Shown one piece after another: positions 12,001 to 18,527 of a stretch of DNA of 64,000 bases. The notes beneath the pieces are model-generated. The model had not been told where the DNA came from, did no database searches, and was given only the letters and a program-made list of their open reading frames with translations. The DNA is from an uncultured archaeon (GTDB lineage Archaea > Aenigmatarchaeota > Aenigmatarchaeia > QMZP01 > JAFGSV01): NCBI GenBank assembly GCA_964559215.1, contig CAZLFZ010000003.1, positions 18,779 through 82,778 of the forward strand. The letters run 5' to 3'. The position numbers and the translations under genes were made by a program. Numbering within the stretch: the first letter of the stretch is position 1; every line of letters begins with the position of its first letter.

Positions 12001-13736
12001 CCTGTTTCATTGCATGAGTAGTTTTCTATAAATACCGATGAATTACCAGGGCCGTTGTCGATCCATTGGTATTCCAGCACAGCGTAACCGCATTTTATTC
12101 CCAAAAATTTCAAATCATAATCTTCATTGACGTTGCTCCAAGTAGTTCCGTTTACCGCTGTAATCGTGAGATTCGCGGTTCCATTCGTCTCGAAAATCAC
12201 GGTCCATTTCCCACCTACTGTCGGATAGGATTGGACGTTTATTATGTTTATGTCCGCTCCTGCGTATCCACTGAATTCCGTAACTGTAAAAGTCACATGA
12301 GTCCCGTTCTCTGTGAAAGGCATGCCCGTTTCAGTCCATTCCCCTTCACATTCAAAATTGTCAAAGTCCCAGTCGTCGCATCTCAATATCATGCTGACAG
12401 GACCGTGCTTAGGCAGGGTGATTTCAGCATCCGAGAAATTTATGGGATTGACGGCAATCACTTCCGTGTTTATCACTTTCTCTTCCACTTTCTCTCTCAC
12501 AAGTCCGGTCTGGATGTTCTTTAACTCGGAAATGTTCCTCAGGCCGAATAATCTTATCAAACCACCCCTCCCTCCAACACTTCCGTCAAACTGGACATCG
12601 AGATTGAATCTCTCACCAATCTTCTTTAGTTCACCAAACTCTATTTTTTTAGAGTGTTTTCCTAATCTGAGTGTGCTGAGACTGTTCTTGAGCCGAGCCA
12701 TTTCCATTTCTGCAGCCGTGATGTTTTCGGCAGATGGAACGACAATCTCTTCCAGCATGGAATAAACTATCTCATAAATTTCCAACCTTGTTCCAGGCTC
12801 GACTTCGAAAACTAGTATGTAAGAGCTTTCCTTGAATCCAAACAGCGAGCATGTCTCAATGCACTCCTCATCAAATGTTATGACAAATTCTTCGGTTATG
12901 TTCGGCATTTCTGTTACATTCTCTGTTATGTTTTCCAGAAGGGTAACATTTTCAATGACAGTCGGAACCGTTAAATTCTTGGCGACGGTCACATTTTTGG
13001 ATGATGTAAGATTGGTCTCATTTTGATTCGTTACATTTTCGATTAAAGGCACCGTGACATTCGTTACATTTTCTATTGTCACGTTTTCGATTATCGGGGC
13101 GGTAAAATTCGTCACATTCCCCCCCGTTTCATTCAACGTTTCATCAATTTCTTCTTCGTCTTCTCCATTCCCGGTATTATCTGTTTCATTCGTCAACGTT
13201 TCATTTATTGTAACATTAGTCAAATTTGATTCATTAGAACTGATTATAAAACCTGTTACAGAGATGGTGTTTCCAGCCAGTCTGTATTTGTTACCCATTC
13301 CGGAACTGTCAAGAACCAAGTATCTTTCACCGTCTTTTTCAAGATAAACCCTGACGGTTCCGTTCCCTTCAATTTTCCCATTCAACTTTAAAGATACAAG
13401 TTCTCCTGCATTCTCCGGCTTCCATAAGTATTCTCTAGGCTCTTCATATGAAAGCCCCAGTTTATCAACATGAATTGTTTCCCTTTCTTGAATAAAAAGC
13501 CCGGTAAAGTTGATGCTAAAGATTCCAAAGAAAGTTGTGGAAATGGAGATAACCAAAATTAATAATAAAACCCTTTTGTTCCACTGACCCGCAAAATTTC
13601 TAATTCTCAAAGTAGTGGGAGAAGGGGGTTTTGTACCAAGATATTTTGTTTTAACTTTATCTCCCACCCTATAATTTTCATAGTAATAAGGACCGAAAAC
13701 CTTGTTGCCACGCTTTATGTATTTCTTGTGGACCAA
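1..13736 (-). CDS. giant N-glycosylated cell-surface protein, 5' portion of gene (TTG start at 13736 preceded by in-frame TGA; reading frame open to position 1, >4570 codons; 3' end outside window)
   Basis: Hand translation of large parts of one minus frame gave no stop; the ORF track shows only short out-of-frame ORFs on either strand here. N-terminus (L)VHKKYIKRGNKVFGPYYYENYR followed by a hydrophobic signal-anchor is paralogous to the N-terminus of the 19813-25857 product. There are hundreds of NxS/T sequons. The segment ..NVQSYPTVGGKWTVIFETNGTANLTITAVNG..ENYSCNETGYEISKVL..HTLEFRFGEYVAYA is about 60% identical to the protein encoded at about 62790-63090 on the plus strand. Confidence 0.75.
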   Translation of the reverse strand, partial: MVHKKYIKRGNKVFGPYYYENYRVGDKVKTKYLGTKPPSPTTLRIRNFAGQWNKRVLLLILVISISTTFFGIFSINFTGLFIQERETIHVDKLGLSYEEPREYLWKPENAGELVSLKLNGKIEGNGTVRVYLEKDGERYLVLDSSGMGNKYRLAGNTISVTGFIISSNESNLTNVTINETLTNETDNTGNGEDEEEIDETLNETGGNVTNFTAPIIENVTIENVTNVTVPLIENVTNQNETNLTSSKNVTVAKNLTVPTVIENVTLLENITENVTEMPNITEEFVITFDEECIETCSLFGFKESSYILVFEVEPGTRLEIYEIVYSMLEEIVVPSAENITAAEMEMARLKNSLSTLRLGKHSKKIEFGELKKIGERFNLDVQFDGSVGGRGGLIRLFGLRNISELKNIQTGLVREKVEEKVINTEVIAVNPINFSDAEITLPKHGPVSMILRCDDWDFDNFECEGEWTETGMPFTENGTHVTFTVTEFSGYAGADINIINVQSYPTVGGKWTVIFETNGTANLTITAVNGTTWSNVNEDYDLKFLGIKCGYAVLEYQWIDNGPGNSSVFIENYSCNETGYEISKVLTPGVHTLEFRFGEYVAYARNKATERKIVGEWGHETDLQQGSWTEVKFKNEFDGIPVVVHYVEYDYNYDDNPCATRIKNVTKEGFYARAESWDSGTEDDDCPSTGVGMYWMAMKKGIHNVTDNDGGNSRMVEVQNFTLDKDYCGSGAGTPSGWNYVQNERSFQYSWTYRPAVLASVQTADDDDTIIWYIHQCGTQANVWDNSCVEIGLNGLECQGSYNPCALHTLDEEGGYIAWEINDDYNSEACNTYETGNGTDTYTYELCWESDSVLGSQNDPYDIGSYYVTLSASYADGACFGSSTEIDGGNGLYPAGDYDAGSNMCYFLAEEDQNGDAEQGHIAEPWLAIFFNSSSGFIYSNETIEYPTNLTAEGDFIGLPSIAFNQSVFFQGNCSEVDGDTNATDVYIILQDNRTEVWNDTPTSGQDIYSNATYYFVGNITASTTSENYFNITAPVTGNYYFRVQCNASNAGESNSTPRLLTVYDPAAPAWSNVGANETNPSIDDYVKFYAYWEDDYNLSSWIFSWNATVDDSWENKSAESFSGTGKWSNKTLQIPAYSAGKIIGYRFYANDTRGNLNATDIKTISVQSKIDAEPPQINWFNATPNITGYGQTVTIATNITDNVGVDSGSVKTNVTFPNNSSVLLNMGYKSGDIWELDFNDTWQWGKYSYFVQAEDTSALPVSSSDNPENFSIRVNATVLVNTEKETYSANKNVYLTEWAGWMNKSWPYRMPINISENLGVNLTNYQVNISVDTKSLISQGKMNGSCNDIRFVNSSNDELSFWLESGCNTTDTKVWVKLPLLQGSAKQTIYMYYGYKQAGSKSNISSTYEIVGEAGTIDTDHNWKTVNFNYMYSEAPVVFADAMTYNDNAKMSARINATRKGGFDVRVEEYHNLDGPHGTEIFGWVALKNGSWIIGNLRADVGTDSIDSNYKTVNFGFDFGSTPAVISDIQSYNEGGDSGTAEAGAHTRQNNPTSSSMEIRVEEANDSGSHTYETIGYLAIEEGVANTTYTNGVYFETGWDDCGPDLGSSPAWLTLSFTNNFGDTPGMIGAMMNENGYTDNSNTRMKDVGTAQFDITIEETPDFTGGHGIEPVGWFAIDNTSTIYGRKYVEQAPSVMNLGEEELTNLVDNEGTTDTSGYLLMQVTDNDTGEVIATQVNDSQTQTMRNVSTGGYLELGPIWNANPWNTDDYGTGYYNVLVVLTDLDGNVLVNDTGDNITGYYTLYIDRAEPEWNNLGANNTNPKPLEFVEFYCNWSDNGELDSWVFEWNVSGSMEQNGSGSFIGNPDWSNITRQIPSSMEIRTIAYRFVANDTEGNDNTTDTKYIDVQDVTPPVISNEYVSPGMININQSVDITADVTDNSGAVNTSWMYIGVPGDGYENETMTLLSGNTYNLSYKSTERGTYNATVYANDSSGNADNGSVVFWDVYGWSNVSWIDPDDGSYPRGSVINLICLVEDANYSGAISDYYVTFWHEGGQLGANYTNQSGYALYEWNTSNVDGGLHTVNCTIGDNSSLYYNASAVDNAYTSVTVLVPDLNVTVLEHENEHDHSVNEYETGDTIDWVNVTVNNTGGSTAYEVNVTLNLLDPAGDLATWFDEQVEECGSLSVSEVCEVQFSGDTILESADPGTYTWNVTINWSGGGSPPNYNTSSTFFVHHVPDNLSSSLSPTKILQKQSVIYNITIVNPWSLNVTSVNVTIGCHSNMTCNCSLAGQTDQLNYCYLGNVSDGGNETVSFNVTTNSSTVPGEYDINANVNYTNPGLELRSWTEQENQILSVRGPTKLRVNVTVFSVKVTRGSATGLRGYVNNTGTQVTNQVTLNWTLPPEWTNITGDMNVSNETLCADCLLWNNITANLSYDAELGEQKIELRAGSEEEEPDWKTETVTVYANTSIPEVWVNDTNPYRNSSVKIMARLLYDNSSPVTGESIMFKLNDTVLGSNSTNSTGYAVLYATVPYDAGLGSKKVNATYAGSGSIYTNPRYNDSLVASVQDDISIGNVAATPQIQGYGQNVTISADVWSRIEIGIVRANVTYPNGSWTWVDMGYSGSGNSYSGVFAGIWDWGDYSYWIWANNTVDFGNDTSSSPETFYLRANASVGVQTEKYLYGSNQNVLLDNQTWLDLDWPYRMPFNISENSGADLVEYALNISVNTKDLISQGKMNGSCSDIRFTNSTGDELPFWLESDCNDTNTSIWVKIPSLDALSNQTIYMYYGNLDAENKSNFTAAWKVIGEANVTKVNTTWHTISLKHSYTTPVVVHGPADFDANQDEEVVGRVTNVSSDGFEFKLQEPNEGGCRDDVHPDENISYIVVENGSWVLSDGRKLEAGNYSTSTTTGRAIGGDNTADPAAYDLISYRMSFSSAPVVVSQTMGYDDSDYDKTRMMDVTSSSFRISHNEDEGQSDIHGPEMVGWIAVEPGNGSVNGVDYNFGTTVADRYIDYCASPYECPWATQTFSIPVTNPPVLIANMQTVGGGDNAYIRYNNPTTSSVDFGVEEDPCSGTEKGGADETVGWMVFAGPVEIYGRQFLSTYPTVSNMSEEIAGNSIRNTGSLNISGYLLMQVEGNGSGYWEVIGVVADETFTRTINAGDSLNLVNIWNSDPWNTTGNTTGYYRVYTAFRGLDGAVLKNDSGGFINGSDVFRIEVEGPDIADVTATPQIIGYDQNLTISATITDSAGVAQAKINIIYPNSSTTSVDMVNTQGDTWACNFSYTWQWGDYNYSIWAQDNFGDANETSSNYQFSVRANVTVNLTTEYSVYGDDGLVNLSAASVKNTGTTNISLYFLMQVQVNDTGEIIATQVDDAQTETKRNVSAGKTLDIASVWNANPWNTTKNGTGYYNVLVTLTDPYGNVLTNDTGDNISGYYTFYIDRDEPEWNNLGANNTNPKPLEWIKFYCNWSDNGELDSWVFEWNVSGSMEQNGSGSFIGNPDWSNITRQIPSSAELKTIAYRFVANDTKGNSNTTDMKYVNIQDVTPPVISNEDVTPDLININQTVNITADITDNSGGVNASWAYIGMPSGGFDDNRSLTLLSGDTYNLTYKSTERGTYNVTVYANDSSANVDNGSVVTWDVYGWSNVTWIDPDDGSCPRGSVINLTCLVGDANYSTGIEDYSVMFWHEGGQLGANYTNQSGYAVYEWNTSDVDGGMHTVNCTIGDNSSLYYSASSVDNAYTTLTILVPDLNVTELEHENEYDNSVNEYETGDTIDWANVTVNNTGGSTAYDVNVTLNLLDPQNDLAAWFDEQSILCGSLSVGETCEVQFAQDTIQTGADPGTYTWNVTINWSGGGSPPNYNATSTFIIHHVPDNLSSVISPSKVQQNQSAVYNITIVNPWSLNMTSVNVTIGCDVNMTCNCSLAGQLNQIGYCYLGNVSSTENKTASFNITTNSSTVPGEYDITATVNYTNPGLEERSLAEQQNQILSVRGPTKLSVNISAYSVKVTRGQSYVLKGYVNNTGEEITNNVTLNWTLPPEWTNITGDMNISNETLCAGCLLWNNITANLSYDAGLGQKEIELRSESEEEEADWDTKSVTVYANTSIPIVLVNDTNPYRNGSILIQARLLYDNSSPVTGESITFKLNGNVLGSDDTNSSGYAALHTMIPYDANIGSNTVNASYAGSDLVYTNSKQNDSVSVSVQDEITIDNVVAIPQIQGYAQNVTISADVWSRVEIDTVRANVTYPNGTWTWLDLDYSGSGNIYSGVFESIWDWGDYSYWIWANNTMDFANETSGSPEEFYLRVNASIDLQTEETIYGPNQYVSIDTQNWWNKSWEWRIKINITEESGSNLTDYQVNITLNTTDFIQRNRMNNDCSDVRFVFFNDSVSKGGNTRLYHWIGDDCNQGNTTVWVKIPLLQENSNLSIYMYYGNPDAASESNISGTFVFGDDFKRPDNATVGNDWIEDGGYEAYSSVENNQLKISSGSSTGAYWKQVHHTMLEPDGDYVVEFKGDASQTDKNVFSNYFGEQNNRRLTILFCSDGKIKYLNQTAFEDTTKTYSPNTYFDFRIWYKKSAGKGNYYVNGDL
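240..10300. repeat. intragenic tandem super-repeats (at least 3 units of about 4.2-4.9 kb) within the giant gene; unit junction landmarks '..a(t/a)tacatgtaaat(c/a)g' near 475, 5388 and 9557
   Basis: DNA self-similarity at offset of about 4.9 kb, e.g. 990-1170 vs 5880-6070 (about 80% identical) and 700-900 vs 5600-5800. A block of about 130 bp at 3228-3360 is essentially identical to 8119-8250. Antisense artefact ORFs 2481-2954 and 7356-7622 in the track encode near-identical peptides, which confirms the duplication. Confidence 0.7.
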
Positions 13737-14200
13737 TCACTTCACCAGTTAACCTATAGGTGGCATGCTACCGATTTATAATTGGAATAAATCAGTTAAC
13801 CTACACTATATTATTCGGGAAGGTTGCTTAATAATATAGCTTAAGAAAAAACCAGAAACATGACGAAATGTTCGGAAAAGATCTGATCAAAACGGAAATT
13901 TGTTTTACCCAGCAGGATGGTTCGAATGAAATTTAAGTTCGGAAAGCCTTATAGAATACTTGGCAGGGGAGTAGAAGTTATTTCGGGACAACGCACGTGA
14001 AAAGGCGGACAGTTAACTTTTTAAAGCTTTGCTTACATCCATATAGATTAGAACTGGAAAATACTGCTCCTTCTAGGCAGGTTAACCAGAGCATAAAGAA
14101 TATGCGAAAACAATAAGAACAATGAGAAAATAAAACATATTGAGAACAAGATTAAGATTAAATATAAAATCATGATTATCGATTAAGGAGATGATAAAGT

Positions 14201-16003
14201 ATGATAAATGCAAAGAAGATAGTCCCGGACACCAGCGTCCTAATTCCTGGGACAGTATCGGGACTCATAAAAGCTGGTAAAATCAAGCGCGCCAGGGTGA
14301 TAATACCAATGGCCGTTGTCGACGAACTGCAGGCGCAGGCCTCGAGGCACAGGGACATCGGCTTTTCCGGCCTTGCTGAGATAAAGAAAATCAGGGAAGT
14401 TGGAGAAAAGCAAGGCGTGCGTATAGAATTCGTGGGTGAGCGGCCCACCATGGAAGAGATACAGCTTGCCAAGAAGGGCAGGATAGACGCGCTAATCAGG
14501 GACGTCGCCAAGCACGAGCATGCGATGCTGCTAACGTCTGACTATGTGCAGGCATTGGTGGCCGAGGCAGAGAACATCGAGGTAAAGTACCTACCAAAGG
14601 AACCATTGAGAAGAATCAGACTCGAATCCTTTTTCACCCCGGACACACAATCGGTTCACCTGAAGGTCGGGGTTAATCCTATGGCCAAAAAAGGCAGGCC
14701 CGGCAACGTGAACCTCGTGAACATCCGGAACAAGAAATGCACAGAGGAGGAAATAAAGGGCATAATAAACCAGGTCATGTCCAAGGCCAGGACAGATCAG
14801 GAGTCATTCATAGAAATAAGCAAACAGGGAGCCTTGGTTGTGCAGCTCGGAGATTACCGAATAGCCATAACCAGGCCTCCGTTTTCGGATGCGCTCGAGT
14901 TGACAGCCGTCAGGCCTATTGCGAAAGTCCGGCTAGCCGACTACAAGATGCACAAGCAATTGGAAAAGGACATAGTCGAAAAGTCTAGCGGCGTGCTCAT
15001 AGCAGGCCCTCCCGGTTCAGGGAAGTCGACTTTTGCCGCGAGCCTGGCCGATTACCTTGTTTTCCACAACAAGATAGTCAAGACATTCGAGCAGCCCAGG
15101 GATTTGCAGGTAGGGCCAGAGGTGACGGAGTATGCTCCCCTGGAGGGAGACTGGGAGAAGACGGCAGAGCTGCTGCTGCTTGTCAGGCCCGACTATACGA
15201 TATTCGACGAGATCAGAAAAACAAAGGACTTCAGGGTTTTCGGGGACATGCGCCTTGCCGGCGTTGGCATGATAGGCGTGGTTCATTCCACCGGCCCTGT
15301 CTCGGCGATACAAAGATTCATAGGCAGGCTTGAGCTGGGCATAATACCCCATGTCATAGATACCGTCATCTACATAAAGGACGGGCATATAGAAGAGGTT
15401 TACGCCCTTTCGCTCACGGTTAAGATACCGACGGGCATGCAGGACGAGGACCTCACCAGGCCAGTTGTGGAGATCAGGGATTTCGAAACCAAGGAGCTCA
15501 AGTATGAGATATACACATACGGTGAGGAGAACGTAATAGTTCCTGTCCAGGCAGATGAAAAGGAATCGTCCCTCAAGAAACTCGCGAAGGAATCCATATA
15601 TTCCAAGCTCAGGCACTGGGACCCGGCCATGCAAGTAGAATTCCTGAGTGAAAACCGGATAGCTATAAGGGTAAGAAACGACGTTATAGCCAAACTGATA
15701 GGCAAAAAAGGCAAGAACATAGAGCAGATAGAGAAACAGCTGGGCGTGCGTATATCTGTGGAGCCCAAGCAGGCAACGCTGAAGGGTGAGATAGACTTCG
15801 ACTGGGAAGAGACGGGCGCCAATTTCTACCTGCTGGTGGACCCGAAACTCACGGGCAAGAACTTGGACATATACGACGGCGAAGACTTTCTATTCTCTGC
15901 GATAGCTGGCAGAAACGGCAGGATAAAAATCAGGAAAAGGACCGAGCTGGGAAGAAAGGCCCTGCAGGCGTATCTGAGCAAGAACCTGAGGGTACTAGTC
16001 TGA
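14201..16003 (+). CDS. PIN-domain / PhoH-PilT-like P-loop ATPase / KH-domain protein (COG1855-type)
   Basis: N-terminal PIN-like acidic residues (IVPDTSVLIPG.. AVVDELQ). Walker A GPPGSGKSTF. C-terminal KH motif IGKKGKNIEQIEKQLGV. GGAG upstream of the ATG. Confidence 0.88.
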   Translation: MINAKKIVPDTSVLIPGTVSGLIKAGKIKRARVIIPMAVVDELQAQASRHRDIGFSGLAEIKKIREVGEKQGVRIEFVGERPTMEEIQLAKKGRIDALIRDVAKHEHAMLLTSDYVQALVAEAENIEVKYLPKEPLRRIRLESFFTPDTQSVHLKVGVNPMAKKGRPGNVNLVNIRNKKCTEEEIKGIINQVMSKARTDQESFIEISKQGALVVQLGDYRIAITRPPFSDALELTAVRPIAKVRLADYKMHKQLEKDIVEKSSGVLIAGPPGSGKSTFAASLADYLVFHNKIVKTFEQPRDLQVGPEVTEYAPLEGDWEKTAELLLLVRPDYTIFDEIRKTKDFRVFGDMRLAGVGMIGVVHSTGPVSAIQRFIGRLELGIIPHVIDTVIYIKDGHIEEVYALSLTVKIPTGMQDEDLTRPVVEIRDFETKELKYEIYTYGEENVIVPVQADEKESSLKKLAKESIYSKLRHWDPAMQVEFLSENRIAIRVRNDVIAKLIGKKGKNIEQIEKQLGVRISVEPKQATLKGEIDFDWEETGANFYLLVDPKLTGKNLDIYDGEDFLFSAIAGRNGRIKIRKRTELGRKALQAYLSKNLRVLV

Positions 16004-16004
16004 T

Positions 16005-16268
16005 TCACCCCCTTTTTGAATAGTGATATTTCATCAAAATCAGCGTCACGTTTAGAACAACACCTACAATATTGGCCACCACGACGGCGAAGCTGCCTAT
16101 ACCAAGGCCATAGACGAGCCACATCAGCATGCCGAAACCCAACAATATGTTAAGCCAATATGACAGATCGTGAAGACTCTTCGTTTTGTATCCCCTTACG
16201 ATTTGGGGCAGGAAGCCCGATGTTGTTATGGCGGCAGCAAACAGACCGAACAGTTCCCAGTTAATCAT
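16005..16268 (-). CDS. SemiSWEET (PQ-loop/MtN3 half-transporter), 87 aa, 3 TM
   Basis: FLPQIVRGYKTKS PQ-loop motif; ..WLVYG.. and ANIVGVVLNVTLILMKY align closely with bacterial SemiSWEETs (e.g. FLPQVLRV..TK..D.S..W..YG..ANV..LYYKL). Confidence 0.8.
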   Translation of the reverse strand: MINWELFGLFAAAITTSGFLPQIVRGYKTKSLHDLSYWLNILLGFGMLMWLVYGLGIGSFAVVVANIVGVVLNVTLILMKYHYSKRG

Positions 16269-16382
16269 ATTAAAAATATGATTCGCACTTATATTATTTC
16301 ACCACAGTTTAACACGCATGTTGCCAATCGTTAACATCGATCGGATCTTAAGCTTAAAAAACCACCCAACAATAATAAAACC

Positions 16383-17282
16383 ATGAGAAAATCACCTAAG
16401 CTTGTTGCTTGGACATTGGCGATTTTTTTATTCTTCGTTCCCCTTTCCAGCGCTAGCTCATACACATTTTACTTGGAACCGACGGATGGGATGGTCGAGC
16501 TGGAAATAAGACAGCCGGGGGTTTCCCTGAAAAGGATGTATTTCAACATTCCAGGGCAGAACAAGAGATTCGTGGTGAGGGTTGACAGGATAGACGCCGA
16601 TGTAGACTGGGTTTACGATTATTTCATGATCTCCAGCACGGGTATGCAGGGCGAACCGGAGTCTGTTGCTTTTGACATCAGGGTGAACAAATCATGGGTC
16701 AGCGATAACAACATAGACCTGAAAACGATCGCCCTTGGCATCTACGACGAAGATTGGACCAGGCTGTCTGTTATACCGGTCTCGGAAGATGCCGATTTCT
16801 TGCACTACAGAGCGGATCCGCCAAAACTGGAGGGTTTGTTTGCCCTGTCGGGAGAGCCGGTGCTTGTAGACATACGAGTCACAAGCCCCTGCAACGAGAA
16901 CGATGTTTGCGAGCCGGAACGCGGGGAAGACAGGGAAAACTGCCCTGACTGCATCAGGATCGTCCCAGGCAGATGCGTCCCCTCGGAAAAATACTGCATT
17001 GATGACTACCTTTTCAGGTGCAGCGCCGACGGCTCGGAATACAGCCTCGAGAGGTGCGAATTTGGGTGCGCTGGCGATACGTGCCTGTTAGCGGCAGGCG
17101 GAACGTCGGCCGGTATGGCCATTGCGCTGAATCCTGTATTCGTTTCTGTGCTGGCTGTCTTGCTGACTGTTGTAATTTACCTGGCATTGCTGGTAAAAAG
17201 GATGAGGAATGAATTGCTGAACGTAGAGGAAGTAAAAATCTCGCACGAAGACGTCAAGAAAATCGTAAAAAGAAAAGCGTGA
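16383..17282 (+). CDS. secreted Cys-rich protein with N-terminal signal peptide and C-terminal TM anchor plus basic tail
   Basis: Signal peptide MRKSPKLVAWTLAIFLFFVPLSSASS; Cys-rich block CNENDVCEPERGEDRENCPDCIRIVPGRCVPSEKYCIDDYLFRCSADGSEYSLERCEFGCAGDTC; C-terminal hydrophobic helix followed by KRMRNE. Confidence 0.6.
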   Translation: MRKSPKLVAWTLAIFLFFVPLSSASSYTFYLEPTDGMVELEIRQPGVSLKRMYFNIPGQNKRFVVRVDRIDADVDWVYDYFMISSTGMQGEPESVAFDIRVNKSWVSDNNIDLKTIALGIYDEDWTRLSVIPVSEDADFLHYRADPPKLEGLFALSGEPVLVDIRVTSPCNENDVCEPERGEDRENCPDCIRIVPGRCVPSEKYCIDDYLFRCSADGSEYSLERCEFGCAGDTCLLAAGGTSAGMAIALNPVFVSVLAVLLTVVIYLALLVKRMRNELLNVEEVKISHEDVKKIVKRKA

Positions 17283-17312
17283 ATCCCTTTTTGGCAGAAA
17301 ACAAAGCCAAGT

Positions 17313-18317
17313 TCAGATAATTTCCCTTCTTTTCTCGATGTCCGCACTGTAATCTGCCAACATGTTAAGGTTCTTCATCAGAGAAGTTTTCATATCTTCC
17401 TTTGTGCAAAAGAAAATGCCCTTGACATCGCTTTTTCTCAGCTTGTTGATAAGCGAGTGGGCAAATCTTATTACCATCTCCTCGTCCTGATACGCCAGCA
17501 AAGTTGAAATCGAATCGAAGATCAACCCGTCAAACCTTTTGCTTTGCAGGCATTTTTCTACCGACAGCAAAATTTCGGTCATGTCAGATGGACCCGTGAG
17601 TTTTTCATAGTTTTTGCCCTTGGAAACGGTTTCACCCTCAGAAGAAGCATCTATGAAATAGAAACAGTCGGTCTTTATCCCGTTGTTTTTCAGGATTTCT
17701 ATTATCGAAAAATACGGCTTGTTAACCGTAACGAATATGATTCTTGGAATGGCCTTGGTGACAGCCTTTATTATCGACAGGGAATCCACCGGATATAGCG
17801 CGTTTGATATCAAGAAAGTCAGTACCTGGTTTTTTTCGGTTTCCCTTTTAAGGTCTATCGAGTGCCTTCTGACCAAGACCTTGAGATCCCTGTAGGAGCT
17901 TAAACTAACACTCTCTTCTTTGAATTCCTCGTCCATGGCAGTGATGATGTCGGTGGTGGTTATTATGCCAGACAGTTTCCCCTTCTTCATCACAGGCAGT
18001 TTTTTTATGTCATTCGCTTTCATCAGCTTTACGGCCTCTTGCAAGGTCCTGCCTTCGTCAATGGTTATGACGTTTTTAGACATAACCTCCCTTATTTTTA
18101 TATTGTCCGGATTTTTTGCAGACATCACTACCTTGCTGAGTATGTCTCTTTCAGTGATGATGCCAACGACATCAACCCCCTCGACTATCACTATCGAGCC
18201 CATCCAGTATTTGGACATCTTCTCTGCGGCCCGCTTTATCGTATCATCAGGGCCCAGGGTCCTTACATTCTTGTTCATTTCCTGCTTTACAAGGGCAACC
18301 ATAACAAATAATATCAA
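17313..18317 (-). CDS. CBS-pair fused to Walker-less KaiC/RecA-fold (MEDS-like) domain protein
   Basis: Two CBS motifs (..GIITERDIL.., ..GIITTTDII..). The C-terminal 180 aa are paralogous to the small proteins at 26862-27410, 27541-28089 and 34872-35444 (FIDA/FIDC ... (I/L)FDSIS(T/A)LL ...). The probable true start is an internal Met (MNKNVRTLGPDD, about 18278). Confidence 0.75.
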   Translation of the reverse strand: MILFVMVALVKQEMNKNVRTLGPDDTIKRAAEKMSKYWMGSIVIVEGVDVVGIITERDILSKVVMSAKNPDNIKIREVMSKNVITIDEGRTLQEAVKLMKANDIKKLPVMKKGKLSGIITTTDIITAMDEEFKEESVSLSSYRDLKVLVRRHSIDLKRETEKNQVLTFLISNALYPVDSLSIIKAVTKAIPRIIFVTVNKPYFSIIEILKNNGIKTDCFYFIDASSEGETVSKGKNYEKLTGPSDMTEILLSVEKCLQSKRFDGLIFDSISTLLAYQDEEMVIRFAHSLINKLRKSDVKGIFFCTKEDMKTSLMKNLNMLADYSADIEKRREII

Positions 18318-18527
18318 TTCCTTCTTAAAAAGCTGACTATTTCAACTTCAAAATTTGTAGAATTCCCGAAAATTTCAAATCATAAAAATTTGTCAAAGAA
18401 CTATTTTAATAGATGGCGGATTTCTCATGATACTTTATATCAAGGTATCAAGGTTTCGGATAGGAAAACAAAATAAATCTTCTGTCACTAGCGAAAATTC
18501 GACGGAAACACAGCTTTTCAGAACAAG

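Noticed and set aside
12830-13230. Periodic DNA resembling a tandem repeat or CRISPR-like array
   Set aside because: The periodicity comes from coding ENVT/NVTN sequon repeats within the giant ORF. The units are unequal, with no repeat-spacer structure or nearby cas genes.
13737-14200. Scan of larger intergenic regions (13737-14200, 18318-18527, 25858-26083, 47268-47429, 49811-50009, 51504-51660) for tRNA or other structured RNA genes
   Set aside because: No cloverleaf-compatible segments (GTTC/TPsiC-like arms, anticodon stems) were recognised by eye. The regions are AT-rich promoter-like sequence, and only short palindromes were found.
15017-15822. Minus-strand ORFs 15017-15634 and 15400-15822 inside the PIN-ATPase-KH gene
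   Set aside because: Antisense to a well-supported CDS with Walker A and KH motifs; no recognisable motifs of their own.
16754-17212. Small overlapping ORFs (16754-16948, 16805-16999, 16903-17091, 17018-17212)
   Set aside because: Nested in alternative frames of the 16383-17282 secreted-protein gene; Arg/Gly-rich artefacts of its GC-richer Cys-rich segment.
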